NCBI RefSeq assembly: GCF_018977255.1
Contig: NW_024704742.1
Location: forward strand, 114,144,001 to 114,208,000
Length of the DNA stretch: 64,000 nucleotides
Reading direction: 5' to 3'
Source of the DNA: Callorhinchus milii
Lineage: Eukaryota
Shown here one piece after another: positions 13,261 to 27,044 of the stretch; position 1 is the stretch's first letter; each line of letters begins with the position of its first letter. Below the pieces are notes generated by a model. It did not search any database. It saw only the letters and a program-made list of their open reading frames with translations, and was not told where the DNA came from. The position numbers and the translations under genes are program-made.

Positions 13261-14743
13261 CCAGGAGGATATTCATTCACAATGTTCCCCACCTCAGTTA
13301 CAATGATAGTATGACTGACTTAAGTCAGTATCCTGTTTTTAGCTGCATTCAAAAACTAATCTCTATGATCGGGAGCAGCATTGGAGTGGAGAAATCCTTG
13401 GGCTCTGACCAAACTAACCCCGTCCTCCCGCTTTCTTAAAGTGAACGATGATTGACGCTAAATGATTTTCTCAGGGAAAACTTGAATTCTGCAACTGTAT
13501 TTTCAACTATTTTCAGCTTCTAGCATGTGCACAGCATAGCCCTCCTCACTGAAATACAAAAGGTACGCTCGCAGATTACTAATGAACACTGTGATTATGC
13601 ACACAGAAGCTCAACTTGGTGCTGTACCTTTATAATATGTTTCAACACTTGTTATTGACACCCAGTGTGTTATTTGGCATTGCAATTATAGAGTAATATT
13701 CCGGAATGTAGGAATTCTTTATCTATTTGATAATTCATCTCTAAATCTTATATTCCAGATATTTGTGAGCTGTCCCTTCACTACACATACACTTATTTCA
13801 AATACACTTATGCTTGTGGTGCAATCTACTGTAGTTTATTCAGAAAGTTGAATCAGAAATATTTTAATTGTATAGAACAATGTAGAAAAGCAGAGACGTA
13901 CTATTAAGAGGCATACCCAACATAACTTTAATACTCTTTATGACAGCTCTAAAATATTGTTGCAGTCTTCCCACTTTTTTCAATGCATACAAGCCTGCTA
14001 ATGGCACCTACCACCAATGATAAAAAATAAATAAGTATCAGAATATAATCTTAAAATATATTTTAAGGTGGTACAATAAAAGCTTATATTAGATGCTACT
14101 TTATCTCCATCTTCAGACCAAAAAAGTAACTACATTAGCAACAAAAACCCTTTTCCATTTTTTTCACTGCAGTTTGTAATACCTGACAATTGATACTAAC
14201 CAAGTACAATATCCAAAAGTACAAATCAAAATCCATTAAGGACTTTGCAAAATGATTGCATATGTACTTTTTGTTCACAGATTGGGATCAATCCAAAACC
14301 TAACTAAATGAACTAAGATTTTGTTTTACATAGTCTTGGAACCATTAGCAAACTAAGACTTGGAAAGTGTATTCAACATTTTAAATCTTTTATAAATATT
14401 TTGCCATTAAGTATAATTGCAACACATCACAAAGCATTATGAGAATAATACATCAATTGTATTTTAGTTGAAATCATACATTGAGAAACAGAAAATTATA
14501 AGGTAACGGTCCAAAATAAGTATTTTTTCTATACTTATGCCTCTGTCTGCATGACAAAGCTTTGGCTGCAGTATCTGCATTGGCTTCCAATGTAATCAAC
14601 CAGGCATTGCTGGAAGTCGATCCTTCTTTCATAAAACAATTAATCATTGTATTTGATATACAGGTATCAGCCAGGCTCAGTTGGTAGCACTGTACCCTCT
14701 AAGTCAGAAGGTGGTGGTTTCAAGCTCCATGTCAGGATTTGGA

Positions 14744-17047
14744 CCCTGGACACTTCATCTCCTTCACCACGTCCACCCCCCTCCCCACCTCCACCATCTT
14801 CTACCACCCCTGGAAGAAGTTACCACCACAATCCCTAACCGCTGCCTTGGAGCCCTCTGAACTCCTCTCCCTCTGGCCTTCATCCCTCACCGACTCCTCC
14901 TCTGTTCTCACCCTCCTCCACAACACCCTCTCCTCCACACTCGACACTCTTGCCTCCATCACCTCCCGTACTGTCTCTTATTCTCGCTCCTCCCCCTGGT
15001 TCACCACCCACCTCCGTTCATTGAAGAGCCAGGTGCGGGCCGCTGAACGCACTTGCCTCAAATCTGGCCAAACGGTCCACCGGCAAATCTGGCTGGACCT
15101 CCTCAAAACTTACCGCTCCACTCTAGCCTCGGCCAAGTCGTCCTTCTACTCCAGGATAATCCTGGAGGCGAAGAACAACCCCAGACTTCTGTTCTCTACC
15201 ACATCCCGACTCCTCCGTCCCTCCGCCACCCCGCGCAGGTCATCTCCTCCAACCTTCACTGCGAGGAGATGCTGGATTTCCTTGAATCCAAAATCAAGGG
15301 AATCCACTCCGCGGTCACTGCCCCTCCAACTTCCACCCACCCCCCCACCTCTTCCCTCCCACACTCCGACCCCTACCCATCCTCCTCTACACACCTTCGA
15401 ACCCGTTTCCCCACCCTCTGTCACCAAACTCATCCTGTCCTTGAAACCCATCACCTGCTCCCTGGACCCCATCCCCACTCCACTCCTTATCTCCCAGCTC
15501 CACCTCCTTGCCCCACTTCTCACAGACACCATCAACCTGTCCCTCTCCACTGGCTCTGTTCCCATTCCCCTCAAAACTGCCACCATCACTCCCACATTGA
15601 AAAAACCCTCCCTTGACGCGTCGCAGCTATCAAGCTATCGGCCCATCTCCAACCTCCCCTTCCCGTCCAAGGTTTTCGAAAGGGTCGTCGCCTCCCAGCT
15701 GCGCTCTTTCCTCTGCACCCACTCAGTTTTCGAACCCCTCCAGTCGGGTTTCCGTGCTGCCCATGCACGGAAACCGCCCTGATCAAGGTCACCAATGACA
15801 TCTTGACCATCTACGACCAGGGCTCCCTCTGCCTCCTCGTCCTCCTCGACCTAATTCGATACGGTCGATCACTCTATCCTCCTCCACTGCTTGTCTTCCC
15901 ACCTCAACCTTCAAAGTCCTGTCCTTGAGTGGTTTAGGTCCTACCTCTCCCACCGTCTTCATTTTGTCTATGCAAACAGCGTTTCCTCCAGCCCCCGCAC
16001 TGTCTCGTGTGGCGTCCCTCAGGGCTCTGTCCTCAGTCCCCTCCTCTTCACCCTCTTTATGCTCCTCCTTGGTGACATCATCCACAGACATGGGGTTAAC
16101 TTCCACATGTATGCGGATGACACCCAACTCTACCTGTCCTCTTCTACCCTCAACTCCATGACCACCGATGTCCTGACAGCCTGCCTGTCCGACATCGAGT
16201 CCTGGATGAGAGACAACTTTCTTCAGCTAACGTGTGCAAAACCTCCGCACCTCAGGCACTGACAGCATCAGCATCCAAGGCTGCACTCTCCACCTCTCAA
16301 AGCCAGTCAGGAACCTCGGTGTTCTGTTTGACCCTGAGTTGTCCTTTCTTCCCCACATCCGTACCACAACTGGCACTACCTTCCACCATCTCCAGAACAT
16401 CGCCAGACTACGGCACTACCTCAACCCTCACGCTGCTGAAACTCTGGTCCACGCCTTTATCACCTCAAGGCTGGACTACGGGAACTCTCTCCTCGCCGGC
16501 CTTCCCGGCACCTCCCTCCACAAGCTGCAGGTCATTCAGAACTCTGCAGCTCGTGTACTGTCCCGCACCAGGCTTCGGGACCACATCACTCCCATCCTCG
16601 CTCGCCTCCACTGGCTCCCCATCCCCCAGAGGATCGAATTCAAGATCCTCATCCTCACCTACAAGGCCATTCACGGCCTTGCTCCCTCCTACCTCTCTGA
16701 CCTACTATCCCCCTACTTACCTGCCCGTACCCTCCGTTCCTCTGGCTCCGGTCTGCTCCACATCCCCCGCGCTAACCGCCGGGCTTTCAGCCTCTCAGCC
16801 CCTAGGCTCTGGAACTCCATGCCCCAGTGCCTTCGCCTTGCCTCCTCCCTTTCCTCCTTCAAGGCCAGTCTCAAGACTTTTCTCTTCAACCGTGCCTTCA
16901 GCTCCCCTCTCGACTCTCTATCAACATCCTCATTCCCTCCCTTCCCTCCCCTCACCCTGACTACTTCCCCCCTGCTCGGGTCCCGACCCAACTGTCCAGC
17001 GCCTTGGGACGGCGTTCTATAAATGCAATCTTGTTGTTGTTGTTGTT
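14744..17047 (+). mobile_element. 5'-truncated L2 LINE (RT domain to 3' tail) inserted into an older Deu-SINE
   Basis: [54 protein letters not shown]; frameshifts; (TTG)n tail. SINE head lies at 14662-14743 and the SINE core resumes at about 17080. Confidence 0.95.
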
Positions 17048-18098
17048 CAATGAAGTGCTGGAAGAGAGCATTGTTAGACACAGCATCCTCCACCTGTTCA
17101 GGTAGAACCTAAAGATTCTATGGTACTATTTGAAAAGAGAGTCCCTGGCTATATTCATTCTACTCGCCAACGTTTCATTGATCCTGCTCATCTCCAGATA
17201 TCGCAATTTGATCTCACAAACTAAACACAAAAGCTCTAATAGGCTATTCCTCTGGGAGAGAGATAAAAGGCACATCAGTGGAGCTGAGTTGGTTCCAAGG
17301 TGGCATGCCTGGCAGTGGAGTGATGGAATTGAGTCAATCCTCTGCAGCGGTCTCAGTAATCTGGTTTTCCTGAGAAAGTTGGATTTGTAATACTCCAGGG
17401 CACTGTTGATGACAGTCCAGCCAGCCTGGCTCATTGGCACAACTTGGAGGGGCAGATCAATCACTGAGGCAGGGATTCCAGGACGCTACACCACATGAAG
17501 GGCACTATATAAATGCAAGTTTTTGTTGTTAACCTTGCAAGCCAAAGCCGTAGGATGTGTAACTCTGTCTAATCTTAAGCATAGTGACACCACACAATAT
17601 CCGGTTGACCAAAAAAAGGCCTTCCTTTCTCTTTTGTGAAGTATCACAAATTAGACATTTGTGTAAAGACTGATGGTTTTGATACAGATATTCAGAGAGT
17701 ATACAATTATAATATACTATTATAAGCCAAGACCATTGAGGTTGGTATCTTCACTGACTAGAGGAATTTTACCCCCAGCCTCTCTCTGTATGTTATTGAA
17801 CCCAATAACACTGCTTGCTTCTATGTAGGTCTTGGTACTCATCACAGTGCACTATAAATGACTAAGGAAGCTAAAATGAAGAGGCCAGGATGCTGAGGTA
17901 ATACTGCTTAAACATATTGCAGTAACCAGTGCGTGTTTAACATCAATAAAATTGAAACCCAACCTCCACAATAGAGAATTAGAATAGGAATCAGCTATAA
18001 CAGTATCAACTCACTGCTACCTCAGGGCTTTAAAAGTTAGGCTCCATTGTAATACCCACAACCTCTGTGTGAATTTATACAGTATTCCCATAGTTATT

Positions 18099-19843
18099 AT
18101 TCATAGATTCATAGATTCAGAGAATATTACAGCACAGAAGGAGGCCATTCGGCCCATCGAGTCTGTGCCGGCTCTTTGACAGAGCAAGTCACTTTCACTA
18201 ACCCCAATCACCAGCTTTCTCCCCATAACCCTGCAAACCCGTCTTCCCCAGATACCTATCCAGTTCTCTCTTAAAAGCTGTTATCAAATCGGACTTCACT
18301 ACCCTTTCAGGCAGATCATTCCAAATTCGAACAACTCGCTGAGTGAAAAAATTTCTTCTAACCTTCCCTCTGCTTCTTTTGGTAGATATCTTAAGACTGT
18401 GATCACGGGTCACAGACACACCTACCAGCGGAAACAGCTTTTCCTTATCTAGCCTGTCGAAACCTTTCATGATCTTGAAGACCTCTATCAGGTCCCCGCG
18501 TAACCTTCTCTGCTCTAATGGGAAAAGTCCTAACTTCTCCAGTTATAGCTAAGGTTCCCCATTCCTGGTATCATTCTCATGAATCTTCTCTGCACCCTTT
18601 CCTGTGCCTTAATGTCCTTCCTGAAGTAAGGTGCCCAGAACTGGACGCAGTACTCCAGCTGAGGCCTAACCAGTGTTTTGTATAGATTAACCATAACATC
18701 CCTACTCTTATACTCTATGCCCCTACTAATAAAGTTCAGTACACCAAATGCCTTTTTTACTGCCTTATCTACCTGCTCCACTACCTTTAATGATTCACTT
18801 ACTTGAACACCCAGATCTCTCTGTACGTTCACCCCCCTTGAGATTGAGTTATCAAGTCTATATTGCGTCCTATCATTTTTCCTACCTAAGTGTATCACCT
18901 CACACTTATCCACATTGAAATCCATCTGCCACATGTCAGCCCATTCCACCATTCTGTGTATGTCTGCTTGCAGTTGGTTACAGTCCTCCTCGCTATTTAC
19001 TACCCTACCTAACTTTGTATCATCTGCAAACTTGGAAATAGTGCTCTCTATGCCCAAGTCCAGATCATTAATATATATTAGAAAGAGCAGTGGTCCCAAT
19101 ACCGATCCCTGGGGGACACCGCTGCACACCTCCTTCCATTTCGAGAAACACCCATTAACCACCACCCTCTGCTTTCTGTCACTCAGCCAGTTCTTAATCC
19201 AAACTGCCACTGTCCCCTTAATACCGTGGGCCTCTAATTTTTGTATTAATCTCTTATGCGGTACTGTGTCAAAAGCCTTTTTGAAATCCATGTAAATAAC
19301 GTCCACCACATTTCACTCATCAACCCTCGCAGTCACCTCTTCAAAAAATTCTATTAGATTTCTTAGGCAAGATTTGCCTTTAACAAATCCATGTTGGCTG
19401 TCTCTAATTACCTCATGTTCCTCTAAATAGAGATTTATTCTGTCCCGGATTATGGTCTCCAGTAGTTTTCCTATTACCGAAGTTAGGCTGACTGGCCTGT
19501 AATTTCTGGGTTTATCTTTCTGCCCCTTTTTGTAGAGGGGGGTAACATTAGCCACTCTCCAGTCTCTTAACACCACTCCTGTGCCCAATGAAGATTGAAA
19601 TATAATGGCCGAAGCTTCCGCTATTTGAACCCGTATCTCCCACAGCAACCTTGGGTGAAACCCATCTGGTCCTGGTGACTTATCAATTTTGAGCCCAGTC
19701 AATCTTTTCAGAACTTCCTCTCTGTCTATAGTAATCTGATCTATTTCCTCTACCCTCTCATCCAATACTGCGGCATCCATTTCCGTTGTGAAGACAGATG
19801 CAAAGTACTCGTTCAGTACATCAGCCATGCCCTCTGCCTCCTC
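18099..19843 (-). mobile_element. 5'-truncated CR1 LINE (RT domain + 3' UTR), frameshifted
   Basis: [81 protein letters not shown]; octamer tail (ctatgaat)n. Confidence 0.95.
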
Positions 19844-20762
19844 AAAATAAAAGGGACTATTGCAATGAGGCGTGATAATCCACGCTGTTACATTTTCTAA
19901 TTATGTCATCAGCTAATACTGTAGATTAATACTCTTTCCTCATGTGCAGTAACATCTGAGGTGCCTCAAAGCAGTGATATTGCACTTGTGGCCTGCTTCA
20001 CAAAGTGATAAAAGTGGCTTTCTATTCTTTGACAAGTGTGAAAATTTATTTTAATTCTTTGTATCTACAGAATCTTCTGAACCCCACCACTCACTAGAGA
20101 AAGAATTACAGTATCTGGAGCCAAAACAGACCCATAAATTTAGCACTTAACCCTCACTTGGGAAATTGAGAGATGAGAGACAGATGGGGTCTTGACAGAG
20201 GTGAGAGGAGCTGACATCATATAAAGTGAAGTGTAAACCTGCTACGCATGCTTTTAACAATCTTTATTAAAATTAAACAAAAACAAAATAGAAGTAAAAA
20301 TGAAATGTCTGAAATGTAAGAGCTCTGAATGCAACGTGCCATTGATGGCATTGAAATATGATTTTTATTTGCAGCCACGAGACAGAACATAACTCACTCA
20401 TGACTTTTGTACTTGTGAGTTATCAAAGCTACCTCACTCGTGGAAGGAAAAAAAAATCATATTTCACTGTTCTCTGGAGCATATTTATTGCCTACTTAGG
20501 AATGAAGGTGTATTTGTTCACTTACACCATAAAGCACATAGCAAACACCCGCACAGCAGCTGTCGCTCACAGCAAGAGTTCATTACGCCATTACTTTGAT
20601 TTATTTTCTGTTGCCAATATGTTAGTCAATTCTCATTAGTAATTAAACAGAAATAAATCAAATACTACTTCAATGCTATGAGAATAACTTAAAAAATGTT
20701 TTTAACAAAAAGAGGGATTTGGGATGCACTTTCTCTGTGTAAAAAATGATCATTTAAAACAA

Positions 20763-20945
20763 TTATAATAATAATGATAATCCTTGCATTTGATATAGCG
20801 CCTTATCATATCGTTGAGATGTCTCAAAGTGCTTCACAGAATATACTGTGAAGTGAATTGACTGTATAACTTGTGGGCAAAACGCAGAAACCAATTTGCG
20901 CACAGGGGTATCCCACAAACAGTCATGGATTGAGTGACCAAATGT
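20763..20945 (-). mobile_element. 5'-truncated tRNA-SINE (tail half)
   Basis: Reverse complement of the family 3' half with (TTA)n tail. Confidence 0.8.
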
Positions 20946-22634
20946 TAATTATATCACAAAAATTAATTATATCACTACCGGATATTTTTCAATAATTGTT
21001 TGGTAGGAATCTGAGCATCCTCAAAACAAAAAGGACTGTAGCAATGCAGCATGATGATCCACGGTGGTACATTTTCTAAGCCACAGTCATGTGCCCTCTT
21101 CTTTCACTGTTAGACTGTCAGCTGCTGGTGAGGGCATCGCAGTCAAGCCAGATCCTGTTCCCAACATCTACACACAAGCTATTTGACCAAGGGCAGAATT
21201 TTCCATTTGTACAAATTTGTATTTTTCTCCTTTAAAAAGAAAGCAATTAATGAAGAAACTGAAAGGTTGTCCCGGTCTCCTGTTATGGTTGGAGTCAATT
21301 ATATTTAAAAAAAACTCATATTTGCAGCTGCATCATTTTCATACCTCTCAGCTGCTGTTGAATTATCTGCCTCATGCACTGATGCTGAAGGGGAATATAA
21401 CGGAGATAGATCATCAAAAGTGGGTTGACTGACCTCACTTATCCCACAACCTTCTCCTCACAGTTGGTAAGCACAACACGTTGAAGAGGGCTCCACGTCC
21501 TGGAATTTCATCTTATTTTCTCCTCCTACACAGTGGTAGTGAATGTTCCACCATACTTTTTCCATCGGCTGATTTGTAATTTGTATTCAGGAAATTATAT
21601 TCATATATATCGCAAAGTCGTTGCACGTTTGATAACATGGTACTCGGAGGAGAGTAAGCTGATACATTCAGATTCCAGCTCAGTTGTGCAAGCTCTGGGG
21701 ATAAATCATTAATTAGGCAACAAGACAATTTATGTTCAGCCATGCTGGGGGGGTAGAGCGGATAAAATGAAAAATCCCACCTTCATTGGTTAGAGTGTGC
21801 AGGATTGGGTTATAATCTTTGGCGGAACTTTGCGCTAGGGACTGGTGTTAGATTGTATTCCCCCCTTCCTTTGATTTGCGGAGTATTTGTCTGGAAGAGT
21901 TTACAGATGAAGCCTTCCAATTAGTCTGTGTATCCATGTCCTTTCCCGATAGGCTAATGGTGAGAATCAATGGGGCAAAGAAGATCATTCTACTTTAGGT
22001 AGATTCAGTGACCAGTCGTGGTCTTTGTTCAGTCGTGACTTTACAGCATCAAGTTCCTGCAACAGTTACCAACTAGGGATGGGTGAATTTGTGGAGTTTG
22101 CATGGACTTCAGTAAATAATCCTAAATTGGCACATGATCATTCCAAGGATCTGTCTCAATTCCTCTCCTAGTATCTGAGGACCTAGGCTTTAAATATAAA
22201 CATTAACCTTTTTTCCTTCCTCCTTACCCAATGCTAGATTTAGATGATGATCTGTCTGTTACAATCTTATCTGTTTATTTCTAACTCAATGCTAAAAACA
22301 ATGCACAAGCTGGTCTATTTGCTCTGTTAGCACTTGTCAATTTGTTCCTCATCTCTGCTGGTGAATTCAACAACTCTTCTGTCTAGTAGTTTTCCCACTG
22401 CTTGTTTGGCTGGGACCATCCTTCCCATTAGGGCTTTGTCTTGCAGGGTTAACAGGAGCTGAGTGGGAGAATTACCTGCCCTCAGTGACTAGTCTGCCTT
22501 TCCAGGTCCTGCCAATGAGCCAGGCTGGCTGGGCTGTCATCAGCAGTGACAAACTCTTGCTGGTATGGTTCACAGTCACTGGAAGCCATGGCACAAGCAT
22601 TCATTCTTCATTTGCAAACTTAGTAAATAAGTTT

Positions 22635-22780
22635 TGACAGGCTATTGGACCAAGGAGTGCATCGCAGTCAAGCCAGATCCTGTTCCCAACATCAACACAC
22701 AAGTATTTCCAGCAGAGATCACTGTACAGAAATCAGCAGCATGAAACCTGGTTGGCTTTTCCTCCCTAATACAGAGACTT
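22635..22780 (-). mobile_element. Ancient SINE fragment, AmnSINE2-like (from memory)
   Basis: Related segments at 21134-21178, 24210-24380, 41620-41745 and 45680-45990; family name unverified. Confidence 0.45.
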
Positions 22781-24904
22781 GGGTAATATAGTTTGAACAC
22801 AGCAGAGAATTGGTTAAACTTAAAATAGTACAAAGAAAGCAATTGCTGATCTCAACATGACATTTCTTGACAAAATAGTTAAGTGAATTATTTGAATTCA
22901 CTGTCACATGAAAGGCATGCTCTGAAAACAAAGTATTCCTTTAAGATTCATATATTGACAAAGAATTGCCAGTAGATGGTGCTATGGAAATGTCTAAAAT
23001 GGGAAAATGGTCCTTTAAAGCGATCTATTGCAATTCTGCATTGGTTCATTGTTGCCGACTAGGTTAGAAGCATGAGGCAGTTACTACCTAAAGAAATTCA
23101 ACCATTACTTATATAACACTATGCTGCACATATCACTACTGATGGATAAAAGTGACATCTCTATCATGTTGATGAAAAAAACAGGATAATTCAGATAAGT
23201 CTAACTTTAGTTAATAATAATAATCCTCGCATTTGATAATTTGATATAGTGTCTTATCACATCTTTGAGATGTTTCAAAACGCATCACAGAATATATTGT
23301 AAAGTGAATTGACTGTATATTTTGTGGGCAAAACATGGCAGTCAATTGCGCACAGCTATTGCTATTGTTCATGTTATTTCCTAATTATTTCTTCTCTCTA
23401 TAAAATCTCCTTCTGCCAAAACAGTGAATTGGGCCAAGCTATGGCCTTCTCCATATTTTCTGAAATCAGATAATTAGAGTAAAACAGGAAAGGAATCTTC
23501 ATCTTGTATTCCTAGTGTGGATCGCTACAGATCTATAATCCCGTTTCCTCACCATTTCTTCTGCTTCTTAAAACCTTACTTCCCAGGAATCTATCTATCT
23601 TCCTTTCAAACATCCAAATTAATTCAGCTCTATCACCTTCTGAGGCAATGTTTTCCAAAACCTTGCAATTTGTGAAGAAGTGAAATGTTTTCTGATCCCG
23701 TTTCTAACCTGCCTAACTCTAATTTTAAGATTAATAGGTACAATAGTAACAGACAAGATAAAGTATGTGCTGCTCATAGCTATTTACTCCCCATACACTA
23801 CCGACTGTCACCTTTTGTTTCCTTATTTTTTCTCACATTAATTTTCTTTCCTCCATTTCCAAAGGTGTTCTTATTTTTCCTCCCCCTATAAAGTATGATT
23901 TCAATGGAGCCCTCCGATATCTTGTGGCAATACTCTATGAGCTTTAATAGTGAGTGTTTGCAGGTTATTCAGAGGGGAAAATGAGCTAGTACACTTACCT
24001 CACTTAAATACATAAACTCAGGGTATCTCAATTCCACAAAATTTATATTGGAGCTGACAGGAATCATTGCTTTGGGTTTAGGATGTCCTCCTGATTGAAA
24101 GGTGTTATATGGAGTATATAAAAATATAAATTTGTATTGTATTGCTTACATTTTCTCTTTAAGAAACTCAGATGCTGCTCTCCTGTAACTCAGCAGACAT
24201 ACAGTAAGGAGCTATACAGAGCAGGCAAGTCCCAAATGCGACAAGCAGTTGATGCTGAGTTACCTGATCATAGCCGTAGTAGATGCTGTAACTATCATCA
24301 GCATTTCTGAGTTATGGAGAGGAAATCACCAGTGGTTAATGCTCCTGATTGCTCTTCAATGACCCCTTGGTGAAAAGCGTCCCGAAGGGTGCTATATAAA
24401 TGTAAGTTGTTGTTAAAAATGCAACGTCTAAAGTTGTGGGGTGAGTACTTTGTTATAATGCCTTCCATGGTCAAGTAGCTTGGTAACATTCATAGCTCAA
24501 GTGAATGGAGTTCCTATTCGGTGGGGGTGAATGCTGGGGCAAAGCGGATTAGAGTCATGGTGAGAGGGACAGACAGGCTTGATGGGTGGGTGATGGCGCA
24601 AGTGGGAAAAGTGTTAATCCCCACACTGTGAGTTCCTATTGACTGCCAGCATTTCTGAATTGCTGGAGTAACATTAGCATGCTCAAGACTCTACGATCTG
24701 GCAATGTTTGCAAACCAGGGAAATGGTGACCAGCTGGAGATGGGGAAGAGAGGAGAGGGAAGGCTTTCATTGAGGAAAACAGTTTTCTTTTTTTACTGAA
24801 GAAATGGCCAAACCAAAACTATCTGCAACATTACGCCAAATTTCAACTCTTACTTTCCATCTCATAGTTCAGTACTACACTTCACTGAGATGCTGGGGCT
24901 GCTA

Positions 24905-25057
24905 GATAATTATTTGGGGAGGACAAATTTGCAGGGCTATGGAGAGAGAACGGGGGAGTGGGATTGAATTGGATAGTTCTTTTCAACGAGCCAGCACAGA
25001 CACAATGGATGGGACGAATGGCCTCCTTCTGTGCTGTGTAATTCTATGATTCTATGA
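24905..25057 (+). mobile_element. CR1 LINE 3' terminal fragment
   Basis: gaatggcctccttctgtgctg...attctatgattctatga tail. Confidence 0.8.
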
Positions 25058-25069
25058 TGTGGTGCGTTG

Positions 25070-25550
25070 TTGCTGCATTGTCGGAGGTTATGCCCTTCAG
25101 ATGAGACTTTAAAAACTAAGGTCCATTCTGCCTGTTCAAATGAAAGTCAAAGATTCCATGGCTTTATTCAAAATAAGAGAGAGTTTCTCCTGGTGCCTGA
25201 CTGTCAGCTGACAGTCTAATAGCGTCGGCCTGCAAGCGCTGCATTGTTGGAGATGCCATATTTAGGTTGAGATGGTACAATGAGGTCCTGTCTGCCTGTT
25301 CAGGTAGACCATAAAGATACCATGGCTCTATTCAAAAAGGGGAGCTTCTCCCGATATTCTAGCCAACGATTCCCCAGATAAAATTGGTCATTCACTTCAT
25401 GGAGGTTTGTAGGTAACTGATGTGCGTAAATTGGCTGCCACATTCGCCCAAGAATACACAGTCACTACACTTTACAGTAAATCCTGTGAAGCATTTGAAA
25501 TGTCCTCCCCATGTGAAAAGCGCTTATCAAATGCAAGGATTATTAATATT
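25070..25550 (+). mobile_element. Two tandem Deu-SINE fragments
   Basis: Core (gatgagac...ctgcctgttca...ccatggct.tattcaaaa) occurs twice; the second copy continues to the L2-like tail. Confidence 0.7.
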
Positions 25551-27044
25551 TATCTTTGACTGGATGATGTGAAGCTGGTACCATGTTAAAACCTAAAAAA
25601 ATCACTGGCGGCTGGCCAACAGACCCTGGTATAAAATTACAAGTTCAGGTCAAAGATAACTTGATGTTTGGCTAGAGGCTTTGTGTGAGTAATTCTCCAG
25701 TTCCTGTTATATTAAATGAACATAACAAAACAAAGATTAAAAAGATTATCTTTTAGATTATGAAGCAGATGAATAGGAAAAAGTAAAATAAGAAAAGCTT
25801 ATTTTGACTGACAGGCCATTTCCTCCACAGACAATGTACAATCTGCCATATGGACTTTGCATAACACATTTAGTCTCAAGGGAAGAATTACATAACATTT
25901 CCTCCCAAATCCCAAAGGCAATCAAATTAATCAGTAGGATACCTGCACAATTTTAAAGATACCATTATTCAATTCCAGACGATTGCCTTCCACAGGTAAC
26001 CTGATCTCAGTGACATAGGACCCATCATCTTCATTTGGCTATTTGAGCATATCTGTCTACACTTGTTCCCTAACCTTCAATCCCTTTCCTAACCAGATAT
26101 TATCCAGACCCTTTCAGGGGAGATAAATGACACTGCATTAATTGTTTTATACCGGCAGTTACTTCTATGTCTCTCACCTCAGATTTATTCACATTTCACG
26201 TTTCCTATAGATCACTGCTCAAATTCAAAGTCAAATACACTGTTTCCATCTGCATTATCTATGTTCCCTCCCACTGGTGTTTTTGGGGTATAAGGAACAG
26301 CCTCCAAAGACAACTAAAAGTACAGGCTGTGCCAGAAAAAAATCTACATTTGAGAATGTTTAACTTGCTTTCAGGAGAGGCCGTGTCTATCAATGATTAG
26401 ATTTCCACTGTAATATTCTAAAAGTCTACAGATCACTTTTCCAAAGGCCAAATTGTTGGATCTACCTATCTGATCTACTGACTCTCTGGCCATCCAGTTA
26501 CCGTTTTCCTAACCATCTGTTTCTCTCCTACCTCCCAAGGTACACTGTCTTAGTGCTTCTCGGTTGCCTTTGCATCTTTACATGACATGAGATGATTCAA
26601 TACGGTGCGGAACATGATGTTTCCTGAGCTGCTGAAATTAGGATATTGTTAATTTGAGAATGGCAGCTGGTCAGGGATTTATAGAAGAACTATTCTAGAG
26701 GTTTATTTGATTCACATTTAGGGAGAGAGAAACTGCAGAAACGTTCCTCCAGAAGATTAAATTGGTGTAATAGAGACTGCAATATGGTGGATTGCCAATG
26801 GTCTGTAGAAGTGCATTGTATGGCAGAATAGTCTGTTCTCATTCCATCTCTCTTATTGTCCAGACATCAGAAGGGTTACTCTTAACAATGTCCTAATGTT
26901 GAAAAAAATAAGTCAACAAAGAAAAGGTCATCATCAAAGTGGGGGGGAGGAGATGACAGGCACAAAAAAGTTTTGCAAGTTTAAATTAAAAATGTTAAAA
27001 ATTAGGCACACGATGAGAGACTTTTTTTTATAATGCACAGAACA

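Noticed and set aside
14662..14760. Apparent tRNA-head/L2 chimeric element
   Set aside because: The SINE core resumes after the L2 tail at about 17080, so this is an L2 nested in an older SINE
18198..19828. Possible functional or domesticated reverse transcriptase
   Set aside because: 5'-truncated CR1 broken by frameshifts into three ORFs; ordinary dead copy
21513..21743. 76-aa minus-strand ORF with good Kozak context and upstream CCAAT motifs
   Set aside because: No recognisable homology and no in-frame downstream exon identified; cannot be supported without expression data
1..27000. CKMT2 or RASGRF2 exons expected from human synteny
   Set aside because: None recognised by eye; they may lie outside the window, so gene loss cannot be claimed
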